The notes under the pieces are model-generated. The model saw nothing but the letters and a program-made list of their open reading frames with translations, searched no databases and was not told the DNA's origin. A program made the position numbers and the translations under genes. 32,000 nt of DNA from Candidatus Fokinia solitaria (GTDB lineage Bacteria; Pseudomonadota; Alphaproteobacteria; Rickettsiales; Midichloriaceae): assembly GCF_003072485.1 (NCBI RefSeq), contig NZ_CP025989.1, positions 570,001-602,000 on the forward strand. The letters are read 5' to 3'. Of this stretch, positions 1 through 10,340 are shown piece after piece (the stretch's first letter is position 1; every line of letters begins with the position of its first letter).

Positions 1-314
1 GCAACATAATTTACGTTTAACACATCGACGAATTTTTTGTCAATTTTCTTCTTTTCTGCACTATATAATATGCTGACATTGTTAATGAGTAAATTGATGT
101 CGCTTTTATGTATCAGTTCTGATAGCATATTAATATCTTTGTGCTTTCTGAGATCGCCGCGTATTAAGCGTGTGTTAGAGTTCGACAGGTAAGTGTCTAG
201 GTTCTTCGGAGAGCTGTGGTAGTGCATCGTCACATTCCATGCATTCTTTACAAAGAAATCCGCAATACTCGTACCTAATTTACTGGTACTACCAGTAATA
301 CATACATGCCGCAT
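1..314 (-). CDS. Short-chain dehydrogenase/reductase family protein, N-terminal part (gene continues beyond the window start)
   Basis: Manual translation of the minus strand from the ATG at 314-312 gives MRHVCITGSTSKLGTSIADFFVKNAWNVTMHYHSSPKNLDTYLSNSNTRLIRGDLRKHKDINMLSELIHKSDINLLINNVSILYSAEKK. The frame stays open to position 1. It shows a Rossmann-type ITGxxxxLG start and an LINNVS (NNAG-like) strand typical of SDRs. It is absent from the ORF track because no stop lies inside the window. Confidence 0.55.
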   Translation of the reverse strand, partial: MRHVCITGSTSKLGTSIADFFVKNAWNVTMHYHSSPKNLDTYLSNSNTRLIRGDLRKHKDINMLSELIHKSDINLLINNVSILYSAEKKKIDKKFVDVLNVNYV

Positions 315-411
315 ATCATTTTTTTTCTTTACTTGAAGTTACCGCTCAAGTATGTATTCATGATAATCGCAAAGCAATCACAGAAAAGCGTAAAATACAA
401 TTATAAACAAC

Positions 412-1677
412 ATGTCAAGCCAAAAAATAAGCTGTCAGTTTTGTGGTCGAAGCGGCAGTGTGCTGAAGAAGGTCATTATAGGAAAAGAAGCAATGATATG
501 CGGCAGCTGCGTAGAACTTTGTAATCTTATTTTGAAGGGAGATAGAGGAAATACTTATAATTCTCCAGAAGCGCTAGAATGCCCTCTTCCAAAGGATATA
601 ACAGAAAAATTAGACGTACATATAGTAGGTCAACAGAATGCTAAGCGTATTCTTGCCGTAGCGGTGTATAATCACTTCTGCAGAATCAAAAATCGCGAAA
701 ACTCTCCGCATGATGAACAAGAGGAAAATATACGAAAGATACGAGAAGAATTAAAAGATGTTGAAGTCGCTAAAAGTAATATATTATTAATAGGTCCTTC
801 TGGATGCGGTAAAACTCTTATTGCCGAAACTTTAGCAAAAATCTTCTCACTTCCATTTGCAATAGCAGATGCAACTACATTAACAGAAACAGGTTATGTC
901 GGAGAAGACGTAGAAAATGTCATCATGAGATTACTTGTTAACTGCGATTATAACGTAGAAGCAGCACAAAAAGGGATAGTATATATAGATGAGATAGATA
1001 AATTAGCAAAGAAGAAGCATGGCGGTTCTACTGCACGTGATATATCTGGAGAAGGAGTGCAGCAAGGACTTTTAAAGTTGATAGAAGGTACTGTTGTTAA
1101 TGTCAGCAGACATAGAGGAAGCGAGCCGATACAGGTCAATACTAAGAATATATTATTTGTCGTAGGCGGTGCATTTGAAGGTCTTGATAAGATTATCAGC
1201 TCTCGCGTAATAGACTCTGGCATAGGATTTTTATCAACTAGCGCCAAAAATAAGCAGAATCACGTTGAATTATCTGCGATTTTAAGAAAAGTAGAGCATG
1301 AAGATCTTTTAGATTATGGATTAATCCCGGAATTCATAGGTAGATTACCTGTAATTGTCACTCTTGATGCTTTAACTGAAGACGATCTTGTATCTATACT
1401 TGTATCTCCTAGAAATGCATTGATCAAACAGTACAAAAAAGTTCTTCTACAGAACAATATAGAGTTAGAATTTGAGCACGATGCACTTATAGAGATAGCG
1501 CGACTTAGTATAAGAAAAAAGACTGGCGCACGTGGATTACGCTCCATTTTAGAGCATTTATTGATAGAATGCATGTTTGAAGCGCCGCATAATCAATCTT
1601 ACAGAAAGATTATAATTACGAAAAATAACGTATTGGACTTTTTTTCTGAATCTAGAGTAGCTAACTTCGTAGCGTAA
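412..1677 (+). CDS. clpX: ATP-dependent Clp protease ATP-binding subunit ClpX
   Basis: 421 aa. N-terminal C4 zinc-binding domain (CQFCG...CGSCVELC), Walker A GPSGCGKT, Walker [10 protein letters not shown], and the IGF loop (SGIGF) that docks ClpP. Confidence 0.95.
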   Translation: MSSQKISCQFCGRSGSVLKKVIIGKEAMICGSCVELCNLILKGDRGNTYNSPEALECPLPKDITEKLDVHIVGQQNAKRILAVAVYNHFCRIKNRENSPHDEQEENIRKIREELKDVEVAKSNILLIGPSGCGKTLIAETLAKIFSLPFAIADATTLTETGYVGEDVENVIMRLLVNCDYNVEAAQKGIVYIDEIDKLAKKKHGGSTARDISGEGVQQGLLKLIEGTVVNVSRHRGSEPIQVNTKNILFVVGGAFEGLDKIISSRVIDSGIGFLSTSAKNKQNHVELSAILRKVEHEDLLDYGLIPEFIGRLPVIVTLDALTEDDLVSILVSPRNALIKQYKKVLLQNNIELEFEHDALIEIARLSIRKKTGARGLRSILEHLLIECMFEAPHNQSYRKIIITKNNVLDFFSESRVANFVA

Positions 1678-1699
1678 AAAATTTTTATTAGAGAGTAGT

Positions 1700-4063
1700 A
1701 TGGAACTTTTAATTGTAGAATCTCCCTCTAAAGCAAAGTCTATAAGCGGTTACCTCGGTAAAGGATTTAGTGTGATATCTTCATATGGACATGTACGTTC
1801 CATACCATCTAAATCTGGCATGATAGACTACAATAATCAGTTTCGTCCAACTTATTCTTTATCCGAAAAAGCTTCGCAAATCGTGGATCAAATTGCAGAA
1901 AAAGCAAAAAAAGCCACTAACATATACTTGGCTACCGATCCTGATAGAGAAGGAGAGGCAATAGCTTGGCACATAGCAGAAATACTGAGAGAGAGAAACG
2001 TAGTATCAGAGAAAGCGAATATAAAGAGAATAGTTTTTTATGAAGTAACCAAAAATGCGATACAAAATGCACTTAAGTCTTCTAGTGACATAAGAATGCC
2101 ACTTGTATATGCGCAGAGAGCAAGAGAAGCACTCGATTACATTATAGGATTTAATTTATCTCCTATACTATGGCGTAAGATACCAAACAGCAAATCTGCA
2201 GGTCGTGTACAATCCGTAGCAGTAAAGATGATAGCGGAAAGAGAAAATGAAATATTACTCTTTAATTCAAAAGAATACTGGTCTATTCACATTAATTTCT
2301 CACTTACTGAAGAACAATTTTTACAATGTAAATTGCTTCAATTTAACGCGCAAGAGTTAAAAAAGTTCACAATTAGCAATGAAAAGGAAGCAAACAATAT
2401 CAAAGACGCAATACTACATTTAAATTATGCAGTAAGCGACATCGTACAAAGCGAAAGTGCAACTCAGCCCTCTCCTCCATTTACTACTTCTACCATGATG
2501 CAAGAAGCATCGAAGAGATTCGGTTTTTCTGCACAAAAAACTGCACAAATTGCACAAAAGTTATATGAAGGGATCAAAATTGACAATCAGATTACAGGGC
2601 TAATCACATATATGAGAACTGATAGTATATCAGTCTCTCCCGAGGTCATTAACATAGTTACCACACTCATACAAAAGAAATATGGTGAAGCATATTCTCT
2701 AAAACGTCCTCGCACCTTCATAAATAAAACTAAAAACGCGCAAGAAGCACATGAAGCAATTAGGCCGACAGATCCTCTGCTTATTCCGGAAGTTATAAGA
2801 CAGCATCTCACTGAAGAGCAGTATAAGCTATATAGGATGATATGGTGTAGATTGATCGCAAGTCAAATGCAGCCATCAAAGCATAAGCACATTACCGTCA
2901 CAGTAAGTGGTATTAATGATAACGGTAATATCGAAGCAGTAGCTTCAGCTTCAGCATCATGCGTGACTTTTGATGGCTTTACAAAGACATACGATATCGC
3001 ATCTGCTGACAGTACAGAAGAAGATGCTGAGGCCGTTACTTCTCTTTCTGTTGAGAATGTGGAAAAATATATTAAGAAAGACGCAAAACTGATACTACGC
3101 GATGCATTTACAAAGCAACATTTTACAAAACCTCCTTCTAGGTACTCTGAGGCTACTCTAATAAAATCTATGGAAGAATTAGGCATAGGACGTCCTTCCA
3201 CTTATCCATCGATAATAGGCATAATACAGAAAAGAAACTATGTCACGATACAAAAAAAAAGATTCTACTTAGAAGCGCTTGGAGAAGTGACTCATATGTT
3301 CTTAAGAGAGTATTTTGACAAATATATAGCATATGACTTCACAGCAAAACTTGAAGATAACTTAGATCAGATAGCAAATGATAAGATAAATTACATTGAG
3401 ATATTACAGGATTTTTGGAATGGATTTCATGCAGTAGTACTACATACAGCAAGTATCGAAATGACTACCGTCATTAAAGCGCTAAATGAGAAAATTACAC
3501 CATATGTTGTACATGCCTTCGGTGCTACTTCAACGAATGAAGCTTCATGTCCTTCTTGTCAAAATGCATTATCGTTAAAATTCGGCAAGAGTGGTGCATT
3601 TCTAAGTTGTAGTGAGTACCCTAAGTGCACTTTTACAGCATCGCTAAATGACGTATTCTTAAAATTGCAGAACAGAGGTGCTGCAGAATGGAAGACAAGT
3701 TCTGAAAGCAAATATCCAATACTACTTTATAACCAAGAAGAAACTGAAATACCGGTAATGCTGTATAATGGAAGATACGGACTCTATATAGAGATATCTG
3801 GAGAAAAAAAAGAACGCTTTTCTGTACCGCAATCTATGATAGAAAAAACACATGAAGGTTTATACGTAGTTTCATCAGAAAATGCGAAAAAACTCGTTTC
3901 TTTACCACGTACACTTGGTATACATCCAGGTACAAATTTAGAAGTAAAAGTAGGTATAGGTAAGTATGGCGCATACATATTTCACAATAACAAGTATACT
4001 ACCGCTAAAAAAGTTGATATCTTCTCATTAACCCTCGATGAGGCACTTGCTATTATAAAGTAA
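1700..4063 (+). CDS. topA: DNA topoisomerase I
   Basis: 787 aa. Toprim start LLIVESPSKAK, DPDREGEAIAWH acidic cluster, catalytic-Tyr motif YMRTDS, and a C-terminal zinc ribbon (CPSCQ...CSEYPKC). Confidence 0.95.
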   Translation: MELLIVESPSKAKSISGYLGKGFSVISSYGHVRSIPSKSGMIDYNNQFRPTYSLSEKASQIVDQIAEKAKKATNIYLATDPDREGEAIAWHIAEILRERNVVSEKANIKRIVFYEVTKNAIQNALKSSSDIRMPLVYAQRAREALDYIIGFNLSPILWRKIPNSKSAGRVQSVAVKMIAERENEILLFNSKEYWSIHINFSLTEEQFLQCKLLQFNAQELKKFTISNEKEANNIKDAILHLNYAVSDIVQSESATQPSPPFTTSTMMQEASKRFGFSAQKTAQIAQKLYEGIKIDNQITGLITYMRTDSISVSPEVINIVTTLIQKKYGEAYSLKRPRTFINKTKNAQEAHEAIRPTDPLLIPEVIRQHLTEEQYKLYRMIWCRLIASQMQPSKHKHITVTVSGINDNGNIEAVASASASCVTFDGFTKTYDIASADSTEEDAEAVTSLSVENVEKYIKKDAKLILRDAFTKQHFTKPPSRYSEATLIKSMEELGIGRPSTYPSIIGIIQKRNYVTIQKKRFYLEALGEVTHMFLREYFDKYIAYDFTAKLEDNLDQIANDKINYIEILQDFWNGFHAVVLHTASIEMTTVIKALNEKITPYVVHAFGATSTNEASCPSCQNALSLKFGKSGAFLSCSEYPKCTFTASLNDVFLKLQNRGAAEWKTSSESKYPILLYNQEETEIPVMLYNGRYGLYIEISGEKKERFSVPQSMIEKTHEGLYVVSSENAKKLVSLPRTLGIHPGTNLEVKVGIGKYGAYIFHNNKYTTAKKVDIFSLTLDEALAIIK

Positions 4064-4107
4064 GTATTATCTCGGTATATATAATATTAAAATACTATGA
4101 GTGTAAT

Positions 4108-5130
4108 ATGCCAATTATAGCTATCAAAAAGAACTTCAATACAAAAGGGGAGTTTTATTCTATCGCTGATGATATTAGAGATATCGATAAAAGCAGCATT
4201 TTTGTAGACATTACTTCTCCAAGTGATGAAGAAGTAAGGATAATAAGTAAATTGTTTTCGCTCTATATACCAACAGAGGAAGAGATGGAAATAAGAGAGG
4301 TAAAAACTCCGTTCGAGGTAAAATCTTCTTTTGAAGTAAAAGCATCAGCTGACAAAAAGAGTGAAACGTATCATATGACAATTACAGCTTTGCAAGGTAC
4401 AAGCGAATCCTTTGAAAGCTTTGCACTAACTCTCACTCTTACAAGCGAATGCTTAATACTGATCAAACACGATAATGCACCATTACTTGAAAGCTTCATA
4501 AAAAGAATGGTACTGAGAGAATTTCCAGAATCTACACTTTCTCCGGAATTGCTCTTGCTATCAGTAATAGAATTTATCGTCGGTAATGTCGCTACCATTT
4601 TAGAAGCAGGAGGTAATGAGATTGATTCAATACTTCAAATGCTATTTGAGGATGTTGCAAAAACGAAGATCAAAGACAGATATAAGGAGGCATTACATAA
4701 AATAGGAAGATCAGCGCAATTGATATCAAAAAGCAGAGAAAGTCTGATGAGTATACATCGAATGATAATATACTACTCACAAACTAGATACATATTGCAG
4801 AAAAACAAAGAACATCGCTTAAGATTTAATAAAATATCCGGAGAAATTAATTCCTTGAATGAGTATTCTAATTTCCTTTCTCAACGTAATTCTTTCCTTT
4901 TTGATGCTGCACTTGGTGTGATCTCAGTAGAACAAAGCGCAATAACAAAGCTCTTTACCATAGCATCAGCGGTATTTATGCCACCAACTTTGATAGCAAG
5001 CATATATGGCATGAACTTCGAGTTCTTACCAGCGCTTACGTGGGAATTTGGATATTGGATAGCATTTGTTGCGATGCTTATTTCATCAAGCATACCGTTA
5101 ATATACTTTAAGAGAAAAGGATGGATATAG
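4108..5130 (+). CDS. corA: CorA-family magnesium/cobalt transporter
   Basis: 340 aa. YGMNFEFLP (GMN signature) lies between two C-terminal hydrophobic helices, behind a long soluble N-terminal domain. Confidence 0.85.
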   Translation: MPIIAIKKNFNTKGEFYSIADDIRDIDKSSIFVDITSPSDEEVRIISKLFSLYIPTEEEMEIREVKTPFEVKSSFEVKASADKKSETYHMTITALQGTSESFESFALTLTLTSECLILIKHDNAPLLESFIKRMVLREFPESTLSPELLLLSVIEFIVGNVATILEAGGNEIDSILQMLFEDVAKTKIKDRYKEALHKIGRSAQLISKSRESLMSIHRMIIYYSQTRYILQKNKEHRLRFNKISGEINSLNEYSNFLSQRNSFLFDAALGVISVEQSAITKLFTIASAVFMPPTLIASIYGMNFEFLPALTWEFGYWIAFVAMLISSSIPLIYFKRKGWI

Positions 5131-5192
5131 ATAAAATTGATTTTTGCAAATACGCCATATAACATCCTTCATCTCCAACTCTCAAACAAAGC

Positions 5193-5876
5193 ATGCACAA
5201 TTCTATACTATCGATAATAACAGGCTCTACATTCGTCGTACAGCTGGTATTTTTAGCACTGTTGCTGATGTCCGTATACTCTTGGTCTATAATATTGCAC
5301 AAGATATTTTTGTTACGAAGGATAGAAAAAAACATTAACCTTTTCGAAGATGAATTCTTGAGAGAATTACCAATTGGAGAGATCTTAGTGCATTTTTCTC
5401 ATAAAAGTGAATTTATTCCGCATCATTCTCTCGCTATAAAAATGATAGATGCATGTAAGCATGGCAGCATTATGAGTTCTTTGGAAAATTCAACTTCTTT
5501 TAATAAATTAAAAGAAAATATATCTCATATAACAAATTCTGTTATCGAAAAAAAGCTGCTCGCTATGAGTAGCGGCATAGGTATGCTAGGGATAATAGGC
5601 TCTCTTGCTCCTTTCGTTGGGCTACTCGGTACTGTATGGGGTATCATGGATAGCTTCCAGTCCATCGCACTGCAGAAAAATATCACAATTGCAACGGTAG
5701 CACCTGGTATAGCCGAAGCTTTACTCGCAACAGCTATAGGACTTTTCGTTGCTATACCTAGCGTATTTTATAACAATAAAATGAATCTTATGATATCCGA
5801 AATCGAATCAAAGGTTCGTATTTTTTCATCAGAATTATGGGGATTAATCATCTCGAATAGCATAAATGATGAATAA
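5193..5876 (+). CDS. tolQ: MotA/TolQ/ExbB proton-channel protein, TolQ-like
   Basis: 227 aa. Has an N-terminal TM (VYSWSIILHK) and the conserved C-terminal TM pair (GLLGTVWGIM...APGIAEALLATAIGLFVAIP). Confidence 0.8.
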   Translation: MHNSILSIITGSTFVVQLVFLALLLMSVYSWSIILHKIFLLRRIEKNINLFEDEFLRELPIGEILVHFSHKSEFIPHHSLAIKMIDACKHGSIMSSLENSTSFNKLKENISHITNSVIEKKLLAMSSGIGMLGIIGSLAPFVGLLGTVWGIMDSFQSIALQKNITIATVAPGIAEALLATAIGLFVAIPSVFYNNKMNLMISEIESKVRIFSSELWGLIISNSINDE

Positions 5877-6393
5877 GAAGAATAATAAAATTATAAGATA
5901 CTTAGTAATAATTTTTCTCAGTATCATAGCATGCAATAGAAAATACGTACTTGCAGTAATAGCAGATGAAGTCACAAAGTACGGAAGAGTTACAAATCTT
6001 CCAATTCCGAGATTTACTAGCGTTAAATCTTCCAAAGTACTTATGAGAGTAGGTGCAGGATATGATTATCCTGTATTCAAGTCTTACGCATGTATTAATA
6101 TGCCGGTACAAGTACTGGATGAATTCAAGCAGTGGAGAAAAGTTTCAGATTATGAAAAAAATATAGGATGGATACATGAGTCTTTATTGAGTTCCAACAA
6201 GACCGCTAGAGTAATAGATGTAGGAGTGTCATTAAGATATTTCCCTTCATACCAATTTCCTAAAATTGGTACGTTAAAAAACGGCACTATTGTAAAGGTG
6301 CTGAAGCGTAAAAATGCATGGTGCAAAATAAGTATCAATGAAATAAAAGGTTGGGTAGAAGAAAAGCACTTGTGGGGATTTGACAGAAAATAA
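5866..6393 (+). CDS. SH3b-domain (DUF1058-like) exported protein, probable lipoprotein
   Basis: 175 aa. The signal peptide ends in a lipobox-like IIAC. It contains two SH3-like segments (LPIPRFTSVKSSKVLMRVGAGYDYPV...WRKVSDYEKNIGWIHESLLS, and KNAWCKISINEIKGWVEEKHLWG) typical of alphaproteobacterial DUF1058 proteins. It overlaps the tolQ stop by 11 nt. Confidence 0.65.
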   Translation: MMNKKNNKIIRYLVIIFLSIIACNRKYVLAVIADEVTKYGRVTNLPIPRFTSVKSSKVLMRVGAGYDYPVFKSYACINMPVQVLDEFKQWRKVSDYEKNIGWIHESLLSSNKTARVIDVGVSLRYFPSYQFPKIGTLKNGTIVKVLKRKNAWCKISINEIKGWVEEKHLWGFDRK

Positions 6394-6890
6394 ATCGACC
6401 GCATGGAGATATAAGAAGTAGCTTTATAGAATTGTACTTGACATTAGAATGATGAATTTAGCGATAGTTGTCATTTTTCAATAGTAAATAGTGCACTTTT
6501 ATCAATTAGATAGTGCATCGGTAGTGCTGCTTTTATCCATAAACAAAAAAGAATAATATCAGACTCATAACATAAGAATGAAAGTATACTTTTTTAGCTA
6601 CTATTCTATAGCTAAACATTGTCTTTCTTATCGCTTTTTCTATATCGATAAGTCACTCATCAAGAGAGTTTGTAAAAAAAAGAAGTAGTAGAATTCAGTA
6701 ACTCTCTGCAAAATACTCAATGATAAAGAATTAGACAACTTTGTTGTATTAGACGCAGCGCCTTAGTACTAAAGGTGCATCAAATGCAGTTATTATAGCA
6801 CTTTTTCCTCTATCTATTCTTTTGAAATTTTTCTTTATAAAAAGCTAGATAGTTAAAATTTTACAAAAAGATATTTATTTTGAATAAAAT

Positions 6891-7673
6891 ATGATATTAT
6901 TCGTTAATAAGATGTTAATGAATTTTATGCTTTATCTATCTTCTGTAAAACACTATACGTATGATCCATGTAAATATACGCCGATATTCAAGGAAGTAAC
7001 GTATGTCAATGATATCAATATCGAATTGTCACGACTATATTGCTCCATCTTTATACCATATGATATCACTACAAAGATTCCGCATCTTCTTACCGTATCG
7101 CTGAAAAAATTTGAAAAAACCAACATACTACAAGACATCGTAGAAAATGTATATCGGGTACAGTATTTCATCGATTTCCAAGAAAAAGTAAAACAAGTTC
7201 TATATAAAGTTAGAGAGTTAAGCTTTTCTCATCACTCTGAAGTGATAATGATAAATGAAGCGCTAAAGCACCTAGATACCTCTACCCTTACAGAGAAAAT
7301 TGATATCACTCATACCATTCTCAACGTGTTAGATAGCAGAGTAACGCGCAATACTATTAATACTCGGCAAGTAATTGATAAAGAAATAAAGCTTTCTATA
7401 CAAGAAACGCATAATTCTTCAGCAGTAATCGTTATGCATAACAATAAGATAGCGCCATTTTTAAAAGCATTAAGTGAAAAATTTATAATTAAGAAAGTGA
7501 TATTAAATAAGCACAATATCAATCATCAACAAATATTGAATGATCTACATAGCTTATCAGAACATCAAGATGAATTAAGAAACGACATAATACGATTGCT
7601 GCATGAACAGAGTCCAACAATGCCAGAATTTTTATATCTCACAATGGATGAGAATTTAGAATATCACTTATAG
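6891..7673 (+). CDS. Hypothetical protein (orphan, no recognisable domain)
   Basis: A 260-aa ORF and the only long frame in this interval. It has no motif I recognise and is rich in N/I/K/H. It follows about 500 bp of non-coding DNA. Confidence 0.45.
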   Translation: MILFVNKMLMNFMLYLSSVKHYTYDPCKYTPIFKEVTYVNDINIELSRLYCSIFIPYDITTKIPHLLTVSLKKFEKTNILQDIVENVYRVQYFIDFQEKVKQVLYKVRELSFSHHSEVIMINEALKHLDTSTLTEKIDITHTILNVLDSRVTRNTINTRQVIDKEIKLSIQETHNSSAVIVMHNNKIAPFLKALSEKFIIKKVILNKHNINHQQILNDLHSLSEHQDELRNDIIRLLHEQSPTMPEFLYLTMDENLEYHL

Positions 7674-7795
7674 TTCAGCTCATTATCAACTCAATTTAAT
7701 AAAAATACTCTCGCATTTTCACAATCGTAAGAAATGTTAAATTGCAACAATATACATTGTGTATTATGATGCGCTACTGATACTTTTAAAAAAGC

Positions 7796-9973
7796 TTATA
7801 ATCTACTAAAGCTTTTAATTCTTACGTAAGATGAGATCTTCATTGCTTTTCCTGCTTTTCTCTTACACGAATCTATAAAATGCTGCAACATACTATCTTG
7901 AAACTCTGAAATTCTTATATTGATTCTAAATGATGCACTATTCTCGTACACTTCAACATTCACACATTGTCCAAACATGGCAAACGCTAATTTTATTAAC
8001 TCCAATGCCTCTTCAGCTTCTCCAATGATGCTAATAGATAGCACTACTTTCTTTATGATATCGCTCCATTTCACATTAACCGTTTCTTCATCCTCCATAA
8101 TTCTCATACAATTTTTCATATGAATCTCCAGTACGTTATCTCTTCTTCTAATGCCTATAATTTCATCTAATGGAAGAGGATTGCAGCAATTAGGAAATGT
8201 AATAGTTGCTTTAGCATCAAATATCGCTCTGCTCTCTCGTATTTTCTCAGGCATTTTCCGCGTTGCAGACATATCAGCAAATATCTTCTTGCTTAGAACA
8301 ACTTTATCCAGCTTTGACACACGAATTTTGCCACACCCTACTAGGTAATACAGCTCAGCTCTCGTCATCACATGAAACGAATCCATCAGAACATTAATGA
8401 ACTCTACCACGTACTCGATACGATGTTTTTTCAATACGCTTAATAACTGACCTTTTCCTACCTCGATAATAGACATTTTGCCCTGCGCTTTAAGGTATTT
8501 TCTGATCTTTCTTACTGCTTTTGTAGTAGTTACAGCATTCAACCAATCCAGTTTTGCGCTGATCTGTTGCCCTGTAAACACATGCACACTATCGCCATTT
8601 GCTAGTACATGAGTTATTGGTACTTCTACCGAATTTACAGATGCTTTAATACACTTCAATCCGACATCAGAGTGTATTGCAAATGCAAAGTCTAACACAG
8701 TAGCGCCTTCCGGCAAAGAAACTGTTTTACCAGCTGGCGAAAAGCAAGATATTGCGCTTGGAGAGATGCTTCGCTCTACATACTCCATTATCGTTTCCGG
8801 AGAATCGGTTCTCCATAATGCATGATCTAACTCTAGAAGCCATTCTTTCGATATATCTGAAACACACCCCATGCCGCTTTTATAACGCCAATGCGCAGCA
8901 ATGCCATTTTCCGCTACCTTATGCATGTCAAATGTCCTTATCTGAATCTCTATCGGTATTTCTAAAACATTCGCAATAGATGTATGAAGTGATTGATATC
9001 CATTGCTTTTCGGCATACTGATATAATCTTTTATTCTGCCAGGTATCGCAGTATATGTCGCATGCACAGCAAATAACGCCAAGTAACACTCTTTTACAGT
9101 ATTGGTCAGAATTCTAAATCCGAGAATATCATGAAGCTGATTAATACTTTCTACAGGTATACCTTTCTCCTTAATCTTGCATAGAACAGAATAAGGATCT
9201 TTTTCTCTGCATACTATCACCGCTTTGATACCGTGCTTTACCATCACTTCATCAAGAATATTAAGAATTCTATCCTTATCCTTTAGATATTTTTGTTTAA
9301 CAGAATTCAGTCTTTGCACAACTCTTTTATGCAGCGCAGCATCTAATGCACTGGAAGCTAAATTAGCAAGCTCATTCTTACACCACTCTATCCCAAGCTT
9401 CTCTGCAAGTGGTACATATATCTTCAATGTCTCCCTCGCAATTCTTTCTATTTTCTTACTCTTTCTGATAAAATGAAGAGTTCTCATATTATGCAATCTG
9501 TCCGCAAGCTTTATCAGTAAAATTATTATATCATCTGCTGCAGCTAAAAGAAATTTTTTCATACTTTGCGAATATCTGAATGCTGCATCTAAATAAGCAT
9601 CCTTCTTTACCTTTGTTAATCCATCCACTAACTCTGCTTCTTTTTCACCAAATAATGTCTTCAGCTCTTGAAACGTTACACTGCTGTCTTCAAGTACATC
9701 ATGTAATACCGCTGCTACAACTGCTTTTGTGTTAAGATTGAATTGCAGAACTATTATTGCCACTTCAATACAATGCAAAACGTATGGCTCTCCAGAACTC
9801 CTTGTCTGTCCACTATGTAAATTCCTCGCAACACTCACAGCTTTTCTAACTGCATCTTCGTCAATATTCTGAAATCTCTCTCTTATCATAGACAATAGCT
9901 TATCAACTGCTTCATCGACTAGTACTTCTGTCGAATTGTTGACTTGCGATACTTCACTACCATTGTGTTTCAT
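7796..9973 (-). CDS. spoT: Bifunctional (p)ppGpp synthetase/hydrolase, long RelA/SpoT homologue
   Basis: 725 aa. HD hydrolase motifs (SGEPYVLHCIEVA, LHDVLEDS) and synthetase motifs (REKDPYSVLCKI, DILGFRILT, PKSNGYQSLHTSI, EIQIRTFDMHKVAENGIAAHWRYK). A TGS-like region (VFTGQQ...) and an ACT-like C-terminus follow. Confidence 0.9.
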   Translation of the reverse strand: MKHNGSEVSQVNNSTEVLVDEAVDKLLSMIRERFQNIDEDAVRKAVSVARNLHSGQTRSSGEPYVLHCIEVAIIVLQFNLNTKAVVAAVLHDVLEDSSVTFQELKTLFGEKEAELVDGLTKVKKDAYLDAAFRYSQSMKKFLLAAADDIIILLIKLADRLHNMRTLHFIRKSKKIERIARETLKIYVPLAEKLGIEWCKNELANLASSALDAALHKRVVQRLNSVKQKYLKDKDRILNILDEVMVKHGIKAVIVCREKDPYSVLCKIKEKGIPVESINQLHDILGFRILTNTVKECYLALFAVHATYTAIPGRIKDYISMPKSNGYQSLHTSIANVLEIPIEIQIRTFDMHKVAENGIAAHWRYKSGMGCVSDISKEWLLELDHALWRTDSPETIMEYVERSISPSAISCFSPAGKTVSLPEGATVLDFAFAIHSDVGLKCIKASVNSVEVPITHVLANGDSVHVFTGQQISAKLDWLNAVTTTKAVRKIRKYLKAQGKMSIIEVGKGQLLSVLKKHRIEYVVEFINVLMDSFHVMTRAELYYLVGCGKIRVSKLDKVVLSKKIFADMSATRKMPEKIRESRAIFDAKATITFPNCCNPLPLDEIIGIRRRDNVLEIHMKNCMRIMEDEETVNVKWSDIIKKVVLSISIIGEAEEALELIKLAFAMFGQCVNVEVYENSASFRINIRISEFQDSMLQHFIDSCKRKAGKAMKISSYVRIKSFSRL

Positions 9974-10249
9974 ATGTCAATTTTAAGTTAATAATATCGA
10001 TTGATGATCAATTTAATTGTCTCTTAAAACAATATTAAAAGATATTAATTGATGACGTAACCCGCTTCTCACTTCGTAATACGTAAAATATAAACAAAGC
10101 AAAAAACTCACGAAAATGCCACTATATTGTAAGTATTATATCATTTACATTGATCTTTTCATTTTTACAGACGAAATCTCGCACATTTTACCGAAAGCAC
10201 TTGTACTATTCTTCTTTAAATAGTATTCATATTTAGTGAGGTGTTCTTA

Positions 10250-10332
10250 GCCCGTGTGATGGAATGGTAGACATAACGGACTTAAAATCCGTGGAGCGCA
10301 ATCTCTTGCCGGTTCGAGTCCGGCCACGGGTA
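10250..10332 (+). tRNA. tRNA-Leu (anticodon UAA)
   Basis: Hand-folded as GCCCGTG/TG/ATG-GAATGGTAGA-CAT/AACGGA-CTTAAAA-TCCGT/long variable arm/CCGG-TTCGAGT-CCGG/CACGGGT-A. It is a class II tRNA with a long variable arm. No CCA is encoded. Confidence 0.9.
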
Positions 10333-10340
10333 CGCCTTTT

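Noticed and set aside
306-524. 72-aa plus-strand ORF overlapping the clpX start
   Set aside because: It is out of frame with the well-supported clpX, which starts at 412 with a canonical zinc-binding N-terminus. It has low-complexity composition and no motif.
3252-3260. A9 homopolymer in topA (also T8 at 13427-13434 in hsdR) as phase-variation or slippage sites
   Set aside because: Both tracts are in frame in intact ORFs. Such tracts are expected in AT/Lys-rich coding DNA, and there is no evidence of length variation in a single sequence.
4300-4345. Short peptide repeat FEVK...FEVK in CorA
   Set aside because: It is only two imperfect copies in a poorly conserved N-terminal region, with no nucleotide-level tandem repeat of note.
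948-4598. Antisense ORFs inside clpX, topA and corA (948-1247, 1314-1574, 2587-2811, 2863-3201, 3784-3978, 4371-4598)
   Set aside because: These are shadow ORFs on the opposite strand of strongly supported genes. The same reasoning applies to all other short antisense or overlapping ORFs in the track, within spoT, hsdR/S/M, virD4, qor-like, mnmA, pth, the OMP gene, dnaJ and 29281-29641.
6394-6890. Possible replication origin in the long AT-rich intergenic region (one near-consensus DnaA box TTATCCATA at about 6533)
   Set aside because: There is only one box with a single mismatch and no cluster. No dnaA, hemE or other origin-linked genes are nearby. AT-richness alone is uninformative in this genome.
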